Source of the DNA: Cyanobacteria bacterium P01_A01_bin.123
GTDB taxonomy: Bacteria; Cyanobacteriota; Cyanobacteriia; Phormidesmidales; Phormidesmidaceae
Direction of reading: 5' to 3'
Assembly (NCBI GenBank): GCA_039815185.1
Contig: JBCBZT010000039.1
Location: 1 to 64,000 of the forward strand
Length of the DNA stretch: 64,000 nucleotides
Position numbers and translations under genes: made by a program. Below the pieces are notes generated by a model. It was given only the letters and a program-made list of their open reading frames with translations. It was not told the origin of the DNA and searched no databases. Below, one piece after another: positions 59,783-64,000 of this stretch; within the stretch, counting starts at the first letter, position 1, and every line of letters starts with the position of its first letter.

Positions 59783-60069
59783 CGCTATGCTATGGATCTC
59801 GGCCCTCAACAAACTCTAGCTCTGATCGATACTGGTGTAACTGTGCTCAAAATTGGGTTCTTAGGGGTCGCAATTACCCGGCTATGGCGAAACTCAAACC
59901 CATACCCTGTGCTACCCCGATGTAGAACAGGAGTCAATGTTGAAGGCAAGCTCAGTACAATAGAGAAAGATTTGAGTTTCTTGACGGCCCCTCGCCTGCA
60001 GAATGAACCCAGTTAAGGGTTAGGTCATTGGTTCGGGGTTGCTGCGTTGTATTCAGTGAGAGTCGATTT

Positions 60070-61272
60070 ATGCAGTCTCGTTGGCGCGTGGGGTCGCTAT
60101 TTGGCATTCCCCTTTATGTGGATTCTTCCTGGTTCTTGGTGCTGATTTTGGTCACCTTTCTCTATGGGAGCAATCCGGCTTGGCAATCGACGTTTGGGTT
60201 GGGGCCAGCCTGGATAGCCAGTTTTTCCCTAGCATTGCTGTTGTTTGCATCGGTGCTATTACATGAGTTGGGCCATAGTTTTGCAGCGATTTCCCAAGGC
60301 ATCACGGTTAACTCCATTACTCTCTTTTTGTTTGGGGGAATTGCCTCAATTGATAGAGAGTCTAAAACGCCGGGACAAGCCCTCCAGGTCGCGATCGCGG
60401 GCCCACTCGTTAGCTTTGGCCTGTATCTGACGTTAACCCTATTTCTCAAGACCGTAACGCTGCCAGAACTGGGGGAAACGCTGCTCTACAACGTGGCCCA
60501 AACCAATCTAGTGTTGACGCTATTTAACTTGATTCCGGGCTTACCTCTCGATGGTGGTCAAGTGCTCAAGGCGTTGGTGTGGCAGGTGACCGGGAGTCGG
60601 ATTCAAGGGGTTCGCTGGGCTGCTCGGGTAGGTCAGATTTTGGGGTGGAGTGCGATCGCGGCGGGGCTCTTGGCTTACTTGGGGGCCCAGCGGTTCGACT
60701 TCTTGTGGATTGCTTTGCTGGGGTGGTTTGCAGTACGTAATGCGGGGGCTTACAATCGGCTCTCAGATTTACAAGAAGCGATCGCGGCGCTGAATGCCCA
60801 AGACGCCATGGTGCGAGAGTTTCGAGTGGTTGATGCTAATCTCACGCTGCGCCAATTTGCCGATGACTATTTGCTTCAGGAAGGACGACCCCCCGTGTAT
60901 TTTGCGGCGTCAGACGGGCGCTACCGGGGGTTAGTGTCGATTGATGATTTGCGGGCGGTGGAGCGTAGCCAGTGGGAGACTTTGACGCTACAAAGTATTG
61001 CTAAACCCCTGACCAGCATTCCTGCTGTACGAGAATCCACCACACTGCAAACGGTGATCACTAGCCTGGAAGCCCAGCAACTCACACGGATTACAGTGTT
61101 GACACCTGCCGACGCAGTAGCTGGCATCATTGATCGAGGGGACATTGTGCGCGCGATCGCAAAAAATCTCAACCTTAAATTATCTGAGGCTATCATTCAG
61201 CGCATCAAAGAAGAAGGCACCTATCCCCCAGGACTACAACTGCAAACAATTGCCGAATCGGTAGGCGATTAG
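60070..61272 (+). CDS. Site-2 protease (M50) with CBS domains
   Basis: HELGH, AGP and FNLIPGLPLDGG; C-terminal CBS pair. Confidence 0.92.
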   Translation: MQSRWRVGSLFGIPLYVDSSWFLVLILVTFLYGSNPAWQSTFGLGPAWIASFSLALLLFASVLLHELGHSFAAISQGITVNSITLFLFGGIASIDRESKTPGQALQVAIAGPLVSFGLYLTLTLFLKTVTLPELGETLLYNVAQTNLVLTLFNLIPGLPLDGGQVLKALVWQVTGSRIQGVRWAARVGQILGWSAIAAGLLAYLGAQRFDFLWIALLGWFAVRNAGAYNRLSDLQEAIAALNAQDAMVREFRVVDANLTLRQFADDYLLQEGRPPVYFAASDGRYRGLVSIDDLRAVERSQWETLTLQSIAKPLTSIPAVRESTTLQTVITSLEAQQLTRITVLTPADAVAGIIDRGDIVRAIAKNLNLKLSEAIIQRIKEEGTYPPGLQLQTIAESVGD

Positions 61273-61332
61273 GGGGCGACTTAGCTGCATGAAGGGATAA
61301 TCTTCGTCAGGTGTTGCGTTAAAAACGCTACG

Positions 61333-62445
61333 CTACGAGCAAGGTTCTGCACTCCACTCTTCAGTACCGCGTCCGGGGCGACAGGAGGTTTGAACGCCAA
61401 TCCAGTCTACTTGCCACTCTTCTCCGGCGGGGACGAACTCCAGACGATAGCGCAAACTGCGTATGGAGTCGTCTGGTAGATTCTCTAAAATTAGGGTGAC
61501 TGCGCGACTGTTGTTGCCTTGCTCAATCACGACGGATTCGCGGTAGTCGCCTTCCATGGGTTCTTTGCTGCCAAAGGCTTCGAGGGCGATTTGGCTTGGA
61601 TCTGGCCCAATGGACGATACGCCATCAGGCAGGTCGGTCGGCGCATAAAGGCTGCGATCACTAGGGCTGCTCAATATACTGGGGTCAATGATTTGGGGTT
61701 CATCTGAATCAAGGTCTTTCAACGTCTCGGTCAGTTCTGCCGATGCCTTGTCTGTCGTGGCTGACGGATTTTCCCCAGGGTTAGGCGATGATTGCTTGGT
61801 TTCCTTTGAGGCATCATTTTGAGGGTTAGCCGCGACACGACCCAGATCAAACTGACTCACTAAGTCGAGATTGCCCCCGTCAAATTCGTAAGTGCGTACT
61901 GCTTCTAAGGTTGGGCAACAGGGGGGATCATCCGCTGCTTGTGTTAGCAAATTCACCTGCACTTGGCCTTCGCTAAATCGAATGGATTGCACCTGGACGC
62001 GATCGCCCAAGTAGGCGACCGAAACGGGTCTAAAGCGATCGCCTTGCTGGGTAGCCAAGGCTAGATAAACGGAAATCGTGGTTCCGGTGCTAACGCTAAT
62101 CAAACTGGCAGTGGCGGTAGTGCCATCTTTTAAGTCTCCCAGGGTAGTGGGGCTGGGGGGATCAAGAAATTCCACCCGCCGGCCATCAGCGTTGTCAAAC
62201 CGACCGTTGACCAACTGCACTAGACCTACATCGGGAATCGTATATTGGGCATTGCGGAGCTGTTCGACCAACTCACAATCTGCGGCTTGTCCCCCCGTGG
62301 ACGCTGCCAATCCCTCACAAGAATAGGCTAGCAGGGGAGAATCACTGGAAACTTGGGATGAGCCCCCGCCACTACAACTGGCCAGTCCTAAGCTTATCCC
62401 CAAGGTGATCAGACCGACTTGAATCCGCTGATGAAGCATCTGCAT
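61333..62445 (-). CDS. Hypothetical lipoprotein
   Basis: LASC lipobox; DPPCCPT; C-terminal DDS.R..RY...C.PGRG...C domain. Confidence 0.7.
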   Translation of the reverse strand: MQMLHQRIQVGLITLGISLGLASCSGGGSSQVSSDSPLLAYSCEGLAASTGGQAADCELVEQLRNAQYTIPDVGLVQLVNGRFDNADGRRVEFLDPPSPTTLGDLKDGTTATASLISVSTGTTISVYLALATQQGDRFRPVSVAYLGDRVQVQSIRFSEGQVQVNLLTQAADDPPCCPTLEAVRTYEFDGGNLDLVSQFDLGRVAANPQNDASKETKQSSPNPGENPSATTDKASAELTETLKDLDSDEPQIIDPSILSSPSDRSLYAPTDLPDGVSSIGPDPSQIALEAFGSKEPMEGDYRESVVIEQGNNSRAVTLILENLPDDSIRSLRYRLEFVPAGEEWQVDWIGVQTSCRPGRGTEEWSAEPCS

Positions 62446-62571
62446 CCTCCTAGCATGATCAAACGTGTCATACAGGCTAGTGACTGCCTGCCAAGGTAAA
62501 GCCTACTTAAACTGACGCTGAATGACCACAATTGAGCGTGATGATTCACAATCCATAACTCACACAAGTGT

Positions 62572-63999
62572 TCATTCACTCCCTGCAAAGCCATAGGCCG
62601 TGGCCACATAGTAGTTTTTGATGGTAATGCCAAATCTCTCCACGACAACGACTTCTGGATCGCTGATGCGTTTAAATTGAGCGCTCAGTGCTGGGGTAAG
62701 CGGGTGCCAATCGTCATAAACCAGCACCGCATCTTGATTGCTCAAATCAGTTTGACCCATCCAAACGTCAAACTGATCGCGTCGATCAGACAAGGCATAG
62801 ACATTCGGATCATTGAGTTGGTAAGCCAGGGCTGAGGCTGAACGATAGTCAGTGGTCGCTAGAAATCCGCCCCGGGGCAATTGTGCCTGTTGAACAAGCA
62901 CCACTGGCGCAACGGTTACCCAGCCAAAGGGCATGCGGCTATCGGGGTCAGCAGTTGCCTCGTTGCTTACCAGAGCCGACAAAGGTAACACCGTCGTATG
63001 AATCACAATCAAGCTAATCAGCAACACGCCATAGATTTGCTGCCCCCAGACCCATCGGCGGCGACGCAAGTAAATTAGTGGTGCGATCGCGCCCAATGCT
63101 TCACCCTCCATAGGTTCAGCAGATCTGTTTAACAGCAATCCCGGCATCAGGGGAAACAGCATGACATAGGCCATGATGTTCCAGTAGTAATAGGCAGTCG
63201 AAAATAGGGCAATCAAACTGAGACCTACGGTTGGCAAGACAAAAGTCCAAATTGCAACTCGGCTATATAGCGTTTTGGTTCTGTCAACAGGAAACGACGG
63301 TTGTCGTCGATTCAAAATCAATCTGACAATCAGTTCCACCAGCCACGGGGACAGCAACAGGGTTGAAAATAGCCAAAATCCAATGGGTTCAAAGGGTTTG
63401 ATTCGTAGCCCAGTTGCACCGCTATTAAGGCTGCGACTGGTGTAATACTCAAATGACTGGTAGTCGTTGGTAATATTCCAAATCAAAATTGGCAATAGGC
63501 TGATGAGCACAATCGCGATCGCGCCATATAAGCGGCGATCGCGCAGTAGAGGCCATAGGTGGCGATCGCGGATCACAACCCCCACAAACGCCAACGCAAT
63601 AAATAGCGCGTTATACTTCGCTAGCCCAGCCACTCCTAGGGCTAAAGCTGCGCCATAAAGCCGTCGACTCTCTCCATGACCATCTTTTACGTAGCTATCT
63701 AAAAAGCGAACAAACTGATAGCCAGCGATTAAGCAGGCGCTAATGAGCAGATGATCATTCCAGGCTAGGGCCAGAAACAGAAAAAACAGTGGCGAAGCCA
63801 GCACTACCATGACCATGAGCCAAAAGGCAGGTTTGCCTTGGCGACCGTAGAGATAGCGGCAAATGCGATATTGCGTATAGAAAAACAGCAGTGTAGTGCA
63901 TAAATTGGGGAAGCGTAGGGCAAAGCGCGATCGCCTCAGAATCGCACTCATGCTTCCTTGAATCCAGGCCAGTAGTGGCGGATGATCGTAATAAGACCA
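62572..63999 (-). CDS. Glycosyltransferase family 39/ArnT-like membrane protein, 5' end outside the window
   Basis: The frame is open to the window edge (WSYYDHPPLLAW...); GLAKY and PILIWN; many TMs. Confidence 0.85.
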   Translation of the reverse strand, partial: WSYYDHPPLLAWIQGSMSAILRRSRFALRFPNLCTTLLFFYTQYRICRYLYGRQGKPAFWLMVMVVLASPLFFLFLALAWNDHLLISACLIAGYQFVRFLDSYVKDGHGESRRLYGAALALGVAGLAKYNALFIALAFVGVVIRDRHLWPLLRDRRLYGAIAIVLISLLPILIWNITNDYQSFEYYTSRSLNSGATGLRIKPFEPIGFWLFSTLLLSPWLVELIVRLILNRRQPSFPVDRTKTLYSRVAIWTFVLPTVGLSLIALFSTAYYYWNIMAYVMLFPLMPGLLLNRSAEPMEGEALGAIAPLIYLRRRRWVWGQQIYGVLLISLIVIHTTVLPLSALVSNEATADPDSRMPFGWVTVAPVVLVQQAQLPRGGFLATTDYRSASALAYQLNDPNVYALSDRRDQFDVWMGQTDLSNQDAVLVYDDWHPLTPALSAQFKRISDPEVVVVERFGITIKNYYVATAYGFAGSE

Positions 64000-64000
64000 A

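Noticed and set aside
59756..60016. 86-aa ORF after psaK
   Set aside because: It begins inside the terminator hairpin and has no recognisable motif or RBS.
63755..64000. Possible frameshift in the GT39 gene
   Set aside because: The main frame is open to the window edge and contains YYDHPP. The 81-aa ORF is an alternate-frame artefact.

Overview
This is a chromosomal window from a cyanobacterium, most likely a filamentous Leptolyngbya/Nodosilinea-type organism. The evidence is frequent HIP1 octamers (GCGATCGC), psaK, the ado-aar alkane genes, urtABCDE and hpsO. Most of it is housekeeping: thiC with a TPP riboswitch, ispE-rsmA, urtA-E with an NtcA-type promoter, ureEFG, hisC, ftsH, ado-aar-accA-SDR-folE, trpF and psaK. 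Two accessory zones stand out. (1) 1-2105 holds the 3' end of a WD40 protein built of near-identical 123-bp repeats. It is followed by an array of ~260-bp units, each carrying a variant copy of that gene's last ~28 codons plus REP-like palindromes, and then a decayed yefM-yoeB pair. (2) 39.5-52.4 kb is a duplicated, mosaic NLR-like locus. It has three paralogous P-loop ATPase genes, two of them coupled to large TPR-STAND NTPase-TM proteins, one with 14 WD40 repeats and one with none. It also has a 1.65-kb duplicated core, an AT-rich HIP1-free insert and small secreted-peptide ORFs. Also found: a ~105-bp TA-flanked MITE-like repeat (4 copies), a candidate PsrR1-like sRNA with an HLR1-like promoter motif, and a frameshifted Uma2 gene. 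All family assignments come from motif recognition by eye; no database searches were run.
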